A stretch of 64,000 nucleotides of DNA from Spirochaetota bacterium. Lineage in GTDB: Bacteria; Spirochaetota; UBA4802; UBA5550. The notes under the pieces are model-generated. The model had not been told where the DNA came from. It did not search any database and saw only the letters and a program-made list of their open reading frames with translations. The DNA is taken from contig CAXXHB010000002.1 in assembly GCA_963664815.2 (NCBI GenBank), positions 1 through 64,000 on the forward strand, in the 5' to 3' direction. Both the position numbers and the translations under genes were made by a program. Shown piece after piece: positions 1 to 11,700 of this stretch. Each line of letters begins with the position of its first letter. Position 1 is the stretch's first letter.

Positions 1-237
1 CTGATGATTAAATCGTCTCAAAATCACTTCCTGCATACACATGGTTGTTGTAAAGAATAGAAATTACTAAACGCTCTTTATTGTTTAACCACATAAAGTT
101 CAATACTTTATCAGTCAATAAGGAAATTTAAAAGTTGAAAACAGAACATCTTGAAGAATAATTTTAAAAAACGCAGTTATAAGTGCTTATTCATTTGTTT
201 TATTGATGCACAACAAGTAAAACCAAAACATAGTTCT

Positions 238-1920
238 TTATTTGATATCACTCCCGGCAAAAGGGCGCGCCTGAATTACAGAAGAAATTTCAGACTCATG
301 GTTGTAAACTGTATTTTCGCGATAATTATCATAAGATGAAATAGAAAAATAGTAAAGTACCGTATTTTCAATGGAAGGATAAACAAGTACACCTCTTAAA
401 TCAGAATTTTTATTCTCTTCTATTACAGAATTGTCTATTTTTATCGTAATGTTGTTTCCTTCTGCCAGCTGGTTATCAAGTTTTCTCCCATTTACAATTG
501 TAATTATACCATCATATACACCTTTCTTTGTACCATAATATATTTTGTATCCGCCAAAATCAGCTTCAACATTTTTTTTCCATTTCAATATGATATATCT
601 GTCACCAGTTTCTCTGATTTCAAAAGAGAGAGGCACAATGGGTGGATGATCCACTTTATATTTAACAACTACCTTTTTCATAACGGGAGATTTCTCTCCT
701 TCGGGAGACGCAGTCAGATGCGCCCTCCACTGAAAATATTTTCCCCGTAAAAACTCCCCATCTTGACCTCTCATGTTAAAAATACCTTTCTGGCCTGCAT
801 TAATTTTGTACCATTTTACTGACAAATCCTTTTCGCTGAAAAATTTGTCTGCAACCCTTAACTCCATCCATATAAAAGTCCCTGGATTTAAAACTCCCTC
901 CCATGAAAAATCAGTTATTGCAGTTCCTGTTGATGGGAACTCCTTCACTGGACTGGTAATGATCCCTTCCCTGTTGTAAGGAACACGGCCAGCATATTCG
1001 GAGCCTTTATATTTGTTAAGAGCAACATCCATAGTCTCTTTTAATTCTTTGTAATGCTTGTATGAAATTCTGAATTCATCAATAAGTCCATTATAGTTCT
1101 TCCCTATTACTGCAAAAGGTAAGTCCATTCCTTTGCTGCTTCCATCCTCGTCATCGATAAAACCGAAAAGGGGAGTATAAACTTCACTGAAAGCCCCCCC
1201 TGATACCGTCATGTATGCACTATCTTCTTCATCATCATTCAACAGTTTAGTGATTTTACCACTTGCTCTGTCAAAACTGAGACTGAAATGATACCATTCC
1301 CCTTTATTCAGTCTGCCACCTCTTGTAAGTGAAACGCTTTTCAGTTTACCATCAGAAGTTCTGAACATATTGTAAAGGTATGCCGAAATACCCCGATCTT
1401 TCAGTTTTATTTCAATCCCCTTTTTTACCCCTGAAAAATGCCCCACCCTTGAAAAAAGAATAGTGCCGTTTTTAAATTCGGCCGGATTAAACCTGAATTC
1501 AATATTAAAAGATCCCAGATCCCCGGGACTCCCAAGCCATAAACCCTCGGACGTATTTATCATTACTTTATGATCACTCTTAAAGAATGATGCACACCCA
1601 TTCCCCACCCCCTCTTTCAGAAACTTATAATTAGCGAAATATATATCATATTTTTTTGAATCATCTTTAACATATTGATCCGGCTCCTTATCAAACTTTA
1701 GCAGGATATCAGTGGAAAATGGATCTGCATGGTCGCTGTAATTTATATCATTGATTACATACCCATTTGTACCGTCAGGCATTTTCCTTTTAGCAATATT
1801 ATATAAAGATTTCTCCGGGAGATCTGTTATGACAAGGACATCAGTAGCATTTCTTGATGGCGCCAGAAATTGTATAATAAATATAAGGATTAGTACTACT
1901 TTTATATGAACTGCTTTCAT
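238..1920 (-). CDS. Secreted LamG/concanavalin-like and fibronectin type III domain protein (spirochaete-type hypothetical)
   Basis: Long ORF with a hydrophobic N-terminus, LamG-like segments (WYHFSLSFD, GLIDEFRIS) and an FN3-like C-terminus (LKWKKN...GYKIYYG). ATG at 1920 preferred over the track start at 1956, which overlaps rpiB. Confidence 0.6.
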   Translation of the reverse strand: MKAVHIKVVLILIFIIQFLAPSRNATDVLVITDLPEKSLYNIAKRKMPDGTNGYVINDINYSDHADPFSTDILLKFDKEPDQYVKDDSKKYDIYFANYKFLKEGVGNGCASFFKSDHKVMINTSEGLWLGSPGDLGSFNIEFRFNPAEFKNGTILFSRVGHFSGVKKGIEIKLKDRGISAYLYNMFRTSDGKLKSVSLTRGGRLNKGEWYHFSLSFDRASGKITKLLNDDEEDSAYMTVSGGAFSEVYTPLFGFIDDEDGSSKGMDLPFAVIGKNYNGLIDEFRISYKHYKELKETMDVALNKYKGSEYAGRVPYNREGIITSPVKEFPSTGTAITDFSWEGVLNPGTFIWMELRVADKFFSEKDLSVKWYKINAGQKGIFNMRGQDGEFLRGKYFQWRAHLTASPEGEKSPVMKKVVVKYKVDHPPIVPLSFEIRETGDRYIILKWKKNVEADFGGYKIYYGTKKGVYDGIITIVNGRKLDNQLAEGNNITIKIDNSVIEENKNSDLRGVLVYPSIENTVLYYFSISSYDNYRENTVYNHESEISSVIQARPFAGSDIK

Positions 1921-1927
1921 AAAAAGA

Positions 1928-2377
1928 TTATCGGCAAAAACTGTTTCCTGATTCAATTTTTCCTATCTTTATAATTCTCTTTTCATGCCTCCCGCCTTCA
2001 AAAGAAGATTTTAACCAGGCATCAGCAATCCTGACAGCAAGATCATCCCCAATTACTCTGGCCCCAATGGCGAGCACATTGGCATCATTGTGTCTTCTTG
2101 CCATTTCAGCCATAAACTCGTTGCAGCAAAGCGCTGCCCGGATCCCTTTAACTTTATTTGCTGAGATTGATATACCTATACCTGTTCCACAGATAACAAT
2201 TCCCGTATCAACCTCTCCGGAAACAACTTTTTCAGCAGCAAAAACAGCATAATCTGAATAATCACATGAATCTTCAGAATGAGTCCCTACATCAATAAAT
2301 TCATATTCGGTAAAATACTTTTTTAATATGTTTTTTAATCTGAACCCTGCGTGATCAGATGCAATAACTATTTTCAT
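1928..2377 (-). CDS. rpiB: Ribose-5-phosphate isomerase B
   Basis: IASDHAG, ICGTGIG, ANKVKGIRAA, HNDANVL and FEGGRH motifs. Confidence 0.95.
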   Translation of the reverse strand: MKIVIASDHAGFRLKNILKKYFTEYEFIDVGTHSEDSCDYSDYAVFAAEKVVSGEVDTGIVICGTGIGISISANKVKGIRAALCCNEFMAEMARRHNDANVLAIGARVIGDDLAVRIADAWLKSSFEGGRHEKRIIKIGKIESGNSFCR

Positions 2378-2635
2378 AAAAACCTGCCGGTAATATCATA
2401 TTTTATTTAATCCACATTTCTTAACTCTTGATTCATAACTGAATAATTACCAGATAATAGAAATATTGATTTTATAAAGTCTTTTTTAATGTCCGGTTAC
2501 AATTTTCTATAAATATGAATCTACTTTTACTTTATAATATATAATTCAGTTTTTTAAACGCATTCTTCATTTAAAATGACGATATTTAGGCTATAATAAA
2601 TATACGAATGAATATAATCATTCCCGGAGTTTTTA

Positions 2636-4498
2636 ATGGTAATTATTCATAAAATCCGACCCAGGCAATTACAACTTCGAACAAGGGTTATGATTTTTCT
2701 CTTTATGCTGATATCCATAATATGTATAGGAATTACAATCTTATCCTACTATATAATGAAAAAACAACTTTTCAACGAACTTAAAGAAAGGCTTAAAAAT
2801 ATATCATATACCGATTCGTTAATAATAGACAAAAATGCCTTGAAAGGCCTTGTATTGCTCATCACCCCAGATTATGATTTTACTCAGGTTAATCCCGAAG
2901 GAAATAACCCATTTGAAGAGACTAAACTTAATACAATAGAGAATAGTGAAAACTTTCTGCGGGTATGCAATAATCTGAATCTTATCCGGAATGCAGAACC
3001 TGATCTTCTTCTTTATGCCTACATACTGATTCCGACAGGAAATCCCGCGATATTGCGTTTCGTTGCCGATGCAGATGCACCTATGCTGCTAAAAGAAGCA
3101 GCAGCAGGATCTCCTCCTGATAAAATCACACGTTTCGGGAAGATTTATAAATCTTCTGCAGATTCCATAATGGCACAGGCTGCCAATAAGAAAATAAATA
3201 TAGTAGAGAAAGATTTCACATACGATGAAGAAGGAAAATCAAATATACTCTCAGGTTACGCTCCTATCATGGATGGAGACAGATTTCTCGGATTGTTTGG
3301 TTTAGATATATCCGATAAAAACGTCAATTTAAAACTAAAACGTGTAATTCCATTTTATATACTTGTCTCAATTTCTTCCATTGTAGCCTCAATCATTGTT
3401 TCCCTTATTATTAGCAGAATGCTAAGTAAGCCTCTCCGCAAACTGGTATTAAGCTTGCGGCATATGGCCGAAGGAGAAGGTGATCTGACCTCCGAATTAC
3501 CGATAAACAGCAATGACGAACTCGGTCAGGCTTCCATGGAATTCAACAGGTTTATAAACAAACTTCAGGAAGTAATATCCGATGTAAAAACTATAGCCTC
3601 TAAGCTTGAAACTGCAACCACCGATATCAACCACTCAATAGGGACACTTTCAAAAAATCTCAGCAATCAATCAGCTTTGGAACTGGAAATATCATCAGGA
3701 AGTACTGAAACAAAAGAAAGCGCCGAGATGCTTGCCATGAATGCCAACCTGGAAAGAAACTGTTTTGTAATTTTATCAAATCGCTTAACAGAATTGTCAA
3801 CATCCGTTATTCAAATTACAAAAGAATCAGAAGTGGCATCAAGTCTGACACTGAGAATAACTGAAAAGGTAGCTATGGGGAAAAGAACACTTTATTCTAC
3901 CAGCGGTATAATGGATAATATCAATACAGCCTCTGGTGAACTGACAGGTATAGTTTCTTTAATAAATGATATCTCTGATAAAATTAATCTTCTATCTCTG
4001 AATGCAGCAATCGAATCTGCAAGGGCTGGTGACGCCGGGAGAGGATTTGCAGTTGTTGCAGATGAAATTTCAAAACTTGCCGACAAAACAGCTGTAAATG
4101 TGAAAGATATAAACCGCATAATACAGGGAAATACTCAACTCATCGATAAGGGAACAAAAAGCCTGAATTCCATGATTGAACTTTTCAATGAAGTAATTGA
4201 AGATGTAAATTCCATAAAAGACGTTACCGGACAGATTTACAATTCAATGAAAAACCAGTCAATCCATAATGAAAATGTACAGGATGAATCAGAAACCATG
4301 AATATTATTGTAAATGAAACAAAAGAGGCAATGATAAAGCATCATGATGCTGTTGCCGGAATTTCAAAATCCATAGCTTCAATAAATAATCTCTCATCAG
4401 ACAACAGGGAAAGATCAAACATCATAACCCGATCTGCCAAGGAAATCTCAGAGATGACTTCTTCTTTAGTAAAACTAATCGCTTATTTTAAAGTCTGA
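2636..4498 (+). CDS. Methyl-accepting chemotaxis protein (2 TM, periplasmic sensor, HAMP, MCP signalling domain)
   Basis: Two TM helices, HAMP (GDLT...DELG) and signalling hairpin [33 protein letters not shown]. Confidence 0.93.
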   Translation: MVIIHKIRPRQLQLRTRVMIFLFMLISIICIGITILSYYIMKKQLFNELKERLKNISYTDSLIIDKNALKGLVLLITPDYDFTQVNPEGNNPFEETKLNTIENSENFLRVCNNLNLIRNAEPDLLLYAYILIPTGNPAILRFVADADAPMLLKEAAAGSPPDKITRFGKIYKSSADSIMAQAANKKINIVEKDFTYDEEGKSNILSGYAPIMDGDRFLGLFGLDISDKNVNLKLKRVIPFYILVSISSIVASIIVSLIISRMLSKPLRKLVLSLRHMAEGEGDLTSELPINSNDELGQASMEFNRFINKLQEVISDVKTIASKLETATTDINHSIGTLSKNLSNQSALELEISSGSTETKESAEMLAMNANLERNCFVILSNRLTELSTSVIQITKESEVASSLTLRITEKVAMGKRTLYSTSGIMDNINTASGELTGIVSLINDISDKINLLSLNAAIESARAGDAGRGFAVVADEISKLADKTAVNVKDINRIIQGNTQLIDKGTKSLNSMIELFNEVIEDVNSIKDVTGQIYNSMKNQSIHNENVQDESETMNIIVNETKEAMIKHHDAVAGISKSIASINNLSSDNRERSNIITRSAKEISEMTSSLVKLIAYFKV

Positions 4499-4550
4499 CT
4501 CAATATTATCCCTTTGTTAATAAAAAATTCAATCGTATCAATTAAAAATT

Positions 4551-7019
4551 TTATTTAATTACGATATTTACCAACTTGCCCTGTACTACAACAGCTTTTA
4601 CTATCTCTTTGCCGGAAGTCAGCTCCAAAATTTTATGGTCACTAAAAGCCAACTTCTTCATATCATCTTCAGTTATATCAGATGATACATTTACCTTTGA
4701 CTTGATCTTTCCGTTAACCTGAAAAACAATCTCAATCTCATCACGAACAGTCAGTTCTTCAGAAAAATCTGGCCATTTAACATTTACAAGCAGTGTTTTT
4801 TTCCCGAAATCCTCCCACAACTCTTCAGCAAAATGAGGCACAAATGGATTTAAAAGCGGAATAAATTTATCTACCACTTCAGAAAAAATCTTTTTACCGG
4901 AATCTGTAAAGAGTTCATCTTCAGGTATTGCATATAATGCATTAGTTAGTTCCATCATTCTTGCTATTGCTGTGTTATACTGCATACGCTCTTCAATATC
5001 ATGACTGACAAATTTTACAGTTCTATGAAGCTCAACCCGCAGCTTTTTCTGTTCATCACTAAGCAGTTCAGGTTTAATGCTGTAATCCTGCTGATATAGT
5101 TCTTTATTTTTCTGCATAAATCGCCATACTCGACTCAGGAACCTGTAACTCCCCTCAACTCCCTTATCAGACCAGTCAAGATCCTTCACCGGTGGAGAGG
5201 CAAACAACATGAAAAGCCTCACCGTATCTGCACCATATTTCTTTATAATTTCATCAGGATCAACAACATTACCTTTGGATTTACTCATCTTTGAACCGTC
5301 TTTTATTACCATCCCCTGCGTAAGAAGCTTTTTGAAAGGCTCACGGTCTTTAAGCAATCCCAAATCGTTTAAAACCATGGAAAAAAACCTTGCATATAAC
5401 AGATGCATAACAGCATGCTCAATCCCACCAATATATTGATCGACGGCCATCCAATAGTCGACTTCATTCTTTTCAAAAATCTTGTCACTTTGCGGAGATG
5501 TATATCGGGCATAGTACCATGAAGAGTCAACAAATGTATCCATTGTGTCCGTTTCACGCCTTGCATCTTCGCCGCAACAGGGGCACTTCACATTATAAAA
5601 TCCTGACATCCTTGTAAGGGGGGAATGTGCATCTCCCTGGAAATCCACATCTGTCGGTAAAACAACAGGAAGATCCTTCTCCGGGACTGGAACTGTACCA
5701 CATTTCCCGCAGTAAATGACAGGAATAGGACATCCCCAGTATCTTTGGCGCGAGATACCCCAGTCTCTCAGCCTGTAATTAACCATTCGCTCGCCAATAC
5801 CTTCTTTCTCAGCAAATACGGCAATCTTTTCAATTGCATCAGTGTTTTTCAGCCCTGTAAACTCACCGGAATTCACACATACTCCCTCGCCAGTATATGC
5901 ATCATTCATCGCTTCAGGTTTTAGTGGTGAAACAGGAGTATCAATAACAATTTTCACCGGAATACCATACTTCTTAGCAAAAGCAAAGTCACGGACATCA
6001 TGTCCGGGAACAGCCATAATTGCGCCGGTACCATATCCCATCAGAACGAAATTTCCAACATACAGGGGAACTTTGTTTCCATTGAACGGGTTGATTACTT
6101 TAAGACCGGTATCGATTCCCTCTTTCTCTTTATCTTCGGAAGTTCTGTCAATCATTGACTGTGACCTGACTCTTTTAATAAAATCCATGACTTTCGAGTC
6201 AGTTATCTTCTCAAGCAAGGGATGTTCCGGTGCGATAACCATGAACGTAACACCGAAAATCGTATCAGGCCTTGTGGTAAATATAGGGAAATCTTCCCCG
6301 GATTCCAGTTTGAAATTCACTTTAAGCCCTGTTGAGCGCCCGATCCAGTTCTTTTGCATTGTTATTACCTGTTCAGGCCACGTTGCGCTTATCTCATCAT
6401 GACCTGCAAGAAGGTCCTCTGCATAATCGGTTATTTTAAAAAACCACTGGTCAAGCTCCTTTTGCGTTACCTCGGAATCACATCTCCAGCATACACCGTT
6501 CTCAGCTTGTTCATTTGCCAGTACTGTCATACACTCTGGACACCAGTTGACTGATGATACTTTTTTATACGCCAGACCTTTTTCAAGCATCTTCAAAAAA
6601 ATCCACTGATTCCATTTGTAATACTCAGGCTTATATGTACCCACCTCCCGTGACCAGTCGTATGAAAAACCAAGACGTTTAAGCTGAGTTTTCATATATT
6701 CAATATTCTCTGATGTCCATTTAAAAGGTGGAGTGTTGTTCTTTATCGCTGCATTCTCTGCCGGAAGACCAAAAGAATCCCATCCCATTGGATGAAAAAC
6801 ATTAAATCCTTTCATCTTCTTATGCCTTGCAACTATATCACCAATTGTATAATTTCGCACATGCCCCATATGTATACGGCCAGATGGGTAAGGGAACATT
6901 TCAAGTACATAATATTTCTGTCTGCTTTTATCAACACTATTCAGGAAACATTTTTGTTCCTCCCATACTCTCTGCCATTTATTTTCTATATCCGTAAAAT
7001 TGTAATCTTTTTCTGACAT
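4551..7019 (-). CDS. leuS: Leucine--tRNA ligase
   Basis: [13 protein letters not shown] (HIGH motif), KMSKS, FTTRPDT editing domain; 822 aa. Confidence 0.98.
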   Translation of the reverse strand: MSEKDYNFTDIENKWQRVWEEQKCFLNSVDKSRQKYYVLEMFPYPSGRIHMGHVRNYTIGDIVARHKKMKGFNVFHPMGWDSFGLPAENAAIKNNTPPFKWTSENIEYMKTQLKRLGFSYDWSREVGTYKPEYYKWNQWIFLKMLEKGLAYKKVSSVNWCPECMTVLANEQAENGVCWRCDSEVTQKELDQWFFKITDYAEDLLAGHDEISATWPEQVITMQKNWIGRSTGLKVNFKLESGEDFPIFTTRPDTIFGVTFMVIAPEHPLLEKITDSKVMDFIKRVRSQSMIDRTSEDKEKEGIDTGLKVINPFNGNKVPLYVGNFVLMGYGTGAIMAVPGHDVRDFAFAKKYGIPVKIVIDTPVSPLKPEAMNDAYTGEGVCVNSGEFTGLKNTDAIEKIAVFAEKEGIGERMVNYRLRDWGISRQRYWGCPIPVIYCGKCGTVPVPEKDLPVVLPTDVDFQGDAHSPLTRMSGFYNVKCPCCGEDARRETDTMDTFVDSSWYYARYTSPQSDKIFEKNEVDYWMAVDQYIGGIEHAVMHLLYARFFSMVLNDLGLLKDREPFKKLLTQGMVIKDGSKMSKSKGNVVDPDEIIKKYGADTVRLFMLFASPPVKDLDWSDKGVEGSYRFLSRVWRFMQKNKELYQQDYSIKPELLSDEQKKLRVELHRTVKFVSHDIEERMQYNTAIARMMELTNALYAIPEDELFTDSGKKIFSEVVDKFIPLLNPFVPHFAEELWEDFGKKTLLVNVKWPDFSEELTVRDEIEIVFQVNGKIKSKVNVSSDITEDDMKKLAFSDHKILELTSGKEIVKAVVVQGKLVNIVIK

Positions 7020-7067
7020 ATCTGTTTCCTCTAATTCATTACTATTTTATAAAAATATTATTTTTTT

Positions 7068-7532
7068 CTATGACTGGGATTTGAGTATCTGAAGAATTTC
7101 TTCGGGAGCAGAGGCCTTTATTATCTTCTCCTTTACAGGTTCTTTTTTCAATATCGCCATAATATTTGAAAGGAGTCTCAGGTAATCTTTATGCTGTTTT
7201 TCTCCGGCTATCACCAGGATTATAAGGTTAACAGAATGCCCATCCATCGAGTCAAAATCAATCCCTCTCTCGGATATACCAATCGCAAAAGCCATCTCTT
7301 TAACGCTTGAAATTTTAGCGTGAGGGATTGCAATACCTCCCCCGATACCCGTGCTCATAATTGCCTCACGTTCTTTAAGAGCATTTACAAGAGAATCTAT
7401 ATCACTGCACAATTCACTCCCTTCAAAAACTCTCGCAAGTTCTTCTATGGCCTCAAATTTATCCCTTGCACTGATATTTTTAATGTAATTCAAACTGGTA
7501 TAATCTGTTACTGAGACCACTTTTTTCTCCAT
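7068..7532 (-). CDS. PTS EIIA component (fructose/mannitol/nitrogen-regulatory type)
   Basis: EREAIMSTGIGGGIAIPHA phospho-His motif and IDFDSMDG. ATG at 7532. Confidence 0.88.
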   Translation of the reverse strand: MEKKVVSVTDYTSLNYIKNISARDKFEAIEELARVFEGSELCSDIDSLVNALKEREAIMSTGIGGGIAIPHAKISSVKEMAFAIGISERGIDFDSMDGHSVNLIILVIAGEKQHKDYLRLLSNIMAILKKEPVKEKIIKASAPEEILQILKSQS

Positions 7533-8022
7533 AACCACTTTTTATTGTATCCTTATCATGCCAAAACAGGCTTCTGTCAATAAGAAATTCCCTGTAAAAC
7601 ATGGTATCTTTTCTGAAATATTTTATCCTATGTACGGATAAGGTTTTGAACAATAAAAAATTCTCCGATACTACAGCTATCATTGTGATATTGAAAACCA
7701 GTCTATCAAAATAAGGAAGCAGTGCAGTGTTAATTTCCGGAAATAGAAAGAGTATTATTTGTTTACTTCTACAAAAACACAAAGAAATATATCGGTTGCG
7801 GTTTTTGAACTGGCTGTTTACACTTTGTCGTCAATAAAAACTTATTGACTTATAAATTAATAATTATATCATTTATTAATTTATAATTTATTCAGAAATA
7901 ATAATTAATAATCTCTTTGCCACTTTTTACAATAGTGAGATTAATAATTATTTTTATATGAAAATATATGTTTTAAACTATTTCAGTTATAAATTCCACA
8001 AATTCATTAAGGGGTCGCAAAT

Positions 8023-8640
8023 ATGAAAGTCCTCCATGTAATAAAAAGAGTAGAAACCATCGACAATGATATAAAAGAACTCAGAAAACTTGAAAAATCT
8101 ATCGCCCGAGACAAATCATTTACAACACCTATATTTATGACTATCGAAAAACAGATAAACATACTTCTCGGTGAAAGAATAAAGCTTCTCGACCTCCAGA
8201 TATTAAATCCTCCAGCATCATTTACTCCAGACATTGAAGGAGAAAAGGAAGAAGTATTGGATATACCTGTGCTGATAAGCCCAGAACCTAAAAAAACAGT
8301 TAAAAAAACATCTAGCAAAGAAACTGAAGAAGCCAAGCCAATTCCAGCTCCAAAAAAGAAAATAAGCATCCCTGATGATGACGATATACCAATGCTGACA
8401 CAGGATCAGATTGACGAAAAATTTTACTCTATAAAAAATGAAGAGAAATCCAGGCTGGAAGAAAAAACAAAACATGATGGACCAGAAGTAATTAAAACCA
8501 TTCCCGAAGAAGACTCTCCACTTGATGACAACAGCATAAAACTTATTGACGTTGCGCTGGAAAAAGGTTCTTTGAATAAAAAAGTTATGGATAGAGAGAA
8601 GAAAGTTAGATTTTTCAGGGAAAATTTCCCCTCTGATTAA
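8023..8640 (+). CDS. Hypothetical protein (coiled-coil N-terminus, charged low-complexity linker)
   Basis: 205-aa ORF with AAGGGG RBS-like element; no recognised family. Confidence 0.7.
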   Translation: MKVLHVIKRVETIDNDIKELRKLEKSIARDKSFTTPIFMTIEKQINILLGERIKLLDLQILNPPASFTPDIEGEKEEVLDIPVLISPEPKKTVKKTSSKETEEAKPIPAPKKKISIPDDDDIPMLTQDQIDEKFYSIKNEEKSRLEEKTKHDGPEVIKTIPEEDSPLDDNSIKLIDVALEKGSLNKKVMDREKKVRFFRENFPSD

Positions 8641-8647
8641 AAATTTA

Positions 8648-11359
8648 TCAGATTATCGATCCAATTACTTTTTCAATCCTGTACTTTTCATAAAAATAGA
8701 TAGTACTTCCGATCTCCATTTTTTCAGAAGGGAAATTATGGAATTTAATGTCTAATATTTCACAATCACGATGTTTGCCAATACTCTTCAATATTCCCGG
8801 GATACCGGTCAAGGTTACAGGGTTTGTTCTTTGACCATTATTTTTTACAGAATAAATTGAGTTGCCATCTTTGTATCCTACATCAATCATTATTGCATTT
8901 TCATTATTACCATAAAAAGATTCAAGTTGCCTTACATTTCTTGAATCATCCTTAAAATTCACTTTCCCGAATTTATCAACATCAAGCTTATAACAATTTA
9001 TATCTTCATTGATACTTTTACCAAATTTTGATTTTCTGATATTCGTAATAGTATTAACACAGAACCTGTAACATCCCGACAACGGATCTCCTTCTCCCTT
9101 TCTTTTTACAAATGTAAAAAGATTACCGTTTTCATCTATGATATATATCATCAGGTATTTCTGTTTTTCTTCATAAACCATTGAAACGCTATTGTTTATA
9201 CGCTTCCCATAAATTTCATCAATTAAGGACAACTCAAAATTATCCTCGGTATAAATTCTGTTCTCAGGATACCTGAACGGTCTTTGCGAAACGAAAGATA
9301 GCATCTCAATATCACTGTTAAAAGAAGCTACTGAAATTTCATTTTCCTCTCTTGTCGCACATACAAGATTATTATCTATACTTACCAGTAATCTCTGTTT
9401 TACATATGGTTTACCGTTTTTAAAAAAATCATAGGCATTACGAAATGTTTTCTCAATCTGTTTGTAAAGCTTTTTATGAGGATCGGGTGATACGAAATAA
9501 CAGAATTCATCAAAACTCCTGCCGTTCAGCGGTCCATCCTTAAGTATTTTTGAAAAAATCATAACAAGGTCTGATGAATTAGTATAGTATTTTAAAAAAG
9601 TCTCCCCCCAGGTATTCATATAAAGATGATAAAAAGAAGAAATCGTCACGGCTTTATCGTCGCTGAAATTCATTATAATCATGTTTTTATAAGTTCGCGG
9701 ATTTTGTAAATAAAACTTATTTCCCAGATGAACCTTTTCGGAATTAAACATTTCAAAAATCTTATTCAGAAGTTCGGTAATCAGGCTCTTACTTATATGG
9801 TTGTATCCGGAATCTATATAAAGCCTGCTGAATGTCGGTTCATATACCTGATTAATTGAACACCATGCAAGAAGTTTGACAAGATCGTCCTCACTTTTTA
9901 TCGCTATCTCTTTTTCATTTTTATTGTTATCAATGCGGACTTTTTTGTAAACGCGCCATCCATTTCCTTTCCCGCTTCTTGCATCAGGTTCAATATACAG
10001 ATAGGGTTCATTCGGAGTATCTTTAAATGTTATAAAATTCTCTATCTTATCCTGTTCTATTGTAAAGTTCGCTTTAAGCTTGCTGCTGAGTAGTTTAAAA
10101 TCCGTTTCAGATATTTTATTCTGAAGATTCATAGAAGGCAGCTGCCTTGATATCTTCTGATATGAGAGAAGCATAAATTTTTTAATATAATTCCAGAACT
10201 GTATTATCCTGTTATAGTCCCAGCTTTCAAAATCATCAAGATCACGTATTTCCTCTATCCCCCACCCCCACTCATGTATTACTTTAAACATTACTACAAC
10301 TTTATATGGAAGATTTTTTTTATCTTTAAGGGCAAGGTACTTAGATAGCTGTGGATCAATTTTAAGATACAAGTTCTGTCTCAATATTATCAACAGAGAT
10401 TTATCGCTTAGAACCTCTTCATAGTATTTATAAACTTCATTAAACATCAGCAGGTACGAGTCAAGGATTATGGCCGTGATCTCACCTCTTATAATTGAGA
10501 TTTTCACTCTCTGACTGAGAAGAAGGGTGTTTTCATCACTAAAAAGATATCTCTCTAGTATCCCGATTTTCAGAATCGATTTGAAAGGATTACCTATCGC
10601 TTTTATAAGCTGAAAAAGAGCAGCACCCATGAAATCCTCTTTTGATATTTTAAAAAGATTACCTATATCAACAAATTTTTCATCTCTATCCTTCTCCGGA
10701 ATAAGATCGATGATTTTATCATATTCATCGTCAGTCACAAATCTGGGGACGGCCCACCAGAATGGAATTTTACCTGCTACAACAATTGAACTTCTGAAAA
10801 ATTCATCCTTAAGTACTGCACCAACTGTTGAACCAAATCCTTCTTCATCATCTTCCGCAAATATATTTTGTTTGAGATTATGAACATCATTAATGAAAAT
10901 ATGAACTTCAACTCCGGCTTCTTTTTCAGCCCATTTCTGTACCTGTTCAATTTTTTTTGAAAAAGAACGAAGCCCATTCTCATCCGTTTTATTTTTATCA
11001 ATACATGCCCAATAGTCAAAATCAGACTTTTTATTATAGGCAATGGTCCCTACACTACCCATAACTGCTAGCATCTCTATAAAACTATTATTTTCTGGAT
11101 ATACAAAATCTATTCCAAATCTTGCCTTTATATACCTTAAAACTTCAACATCGGGCTTATAACCTGAAACACCAAAAGGGCATTTATCGTCTATGTATCC
11201 GGGTATTTTTTTATCATTCATTGAAAGTATCGCCGGAATGGAATTAATAACACGTTTGATATTAGTGCTGGCAAAAAGCTGCTGAAAACGATCAAATTTC
11301 ATCTGATTAAATTTCAAAAAGGAGTTATAATTCTCTTCTACAACACTAATTAATTTCAT
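8648..11359 (-). CDS. cyaA: Class I adenylate cyclase
   Basis: MGSVGTIAYNKKSDFDYW nucleotidyltransferase motif, VEVHIFIN, LKDEFFRS, AGKIPFWW and GAALFQLIKAIGNPFKSILK all match class I AC blocks; 903 aa. Confidence 0.88.
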   Translation of the reverse strand: MKLISVVEENYNSFLKFNQMKFDRFQQLFASTNIKRVINSIPAILSMNDKKIPGYIDDKCPFGVSGYKPDVEVLRYIKARFGIDFVYPENNSFIEMLAVMGSVGTIAYNKKSDFDYWACIDKNKTDENGLRSFSKKIEQVQKWAEKEAGVEVHIFINDVHNLKQNIFAEDDEEGFGSTVGAVLKDEFFRSSIVVAGKIPFWWAVPRFVTDDEYDKIIDLIPEKDRDEKFVDIGNLFKISKEDFMGAALFQLIKAIGNPFKSILKIGILERYLFSDENTLLLSQRVKISIIRGEITAIILDSYLLMFNEVYKYYEEVLSDKSLLIILRQNLYLKIDPQLSKYLALKDKKNLPYKVVVMFKVIHEWGWGIEEIRDLDDFESWDYNRIIQFWNYIKKFMLLSYQKISRQLPSMNLQNKISETDFKLLSSKLKANFTIEQDKIENFITFKDTPNEPYLYIEPDARSGKGNGWRVYKKVRIDNNKNEKEIAIKSEDDLVKLLAWCSINQVYEPTFSRLYIDSGYNHISKSLITELLNKIFEMFNSEKVHLGNKFYLQNPRTYKNMIIMNFSDDKAVTISSFYHLYMNTWGETFLKYYTNSSDLVMIFSKILKDGPLNGRSFDEFCYFVSPDPHKKLYKQIEKTFRNAYDFFKNGKPYVKQRLLVSIDNNLVCATREENEISVASFNSDIEMLSFVSQRPFRYPENRIYTEDNFELSLIDEIYGKRINNSVSMVYEEKQKYLMIYIIDENGNLFTFVKRKGEGDPLSGCYRFCVNTITNIRKSKFGKSINEDINCYKLDVDKFGKVNFKDDSRNVRQLESFYGNNENAIMIDVGYKDGNSIYSVKNNGQRTNPVTLTGIPGILKSIGKHRDCEILDIKFHNFPSEKMEIGSTIYFYEKYRIEKVIGSII

Positions 11360-11700
11360 TTTACCATGCCGGGGATTTTAAGGCTTCTCAATAGTATCGA
11401 TTATCCTGTATTATTTATGAAGAATCAGCTGTATAAAAACTTATTTAAAAAATTTATACTCTTTTTAAATAAATATATTATTAATCCCCCTTAGTCTATA
11501 AATAATTATAAACATCTCAAATCTTTTTTTATCGCGGATAAAAAAATTATAGACATTTGGCTGTATAAAACTGATTAAACCTTAATTGACTTTATTCAGT
11601 TATTATAAATAATTGTTACTGGTCAAAAAAATAAAACACTTTATATTTTTACATACTGAAAATAAATATAAGAACTTTTTATAACATTTATTGAAGACAA

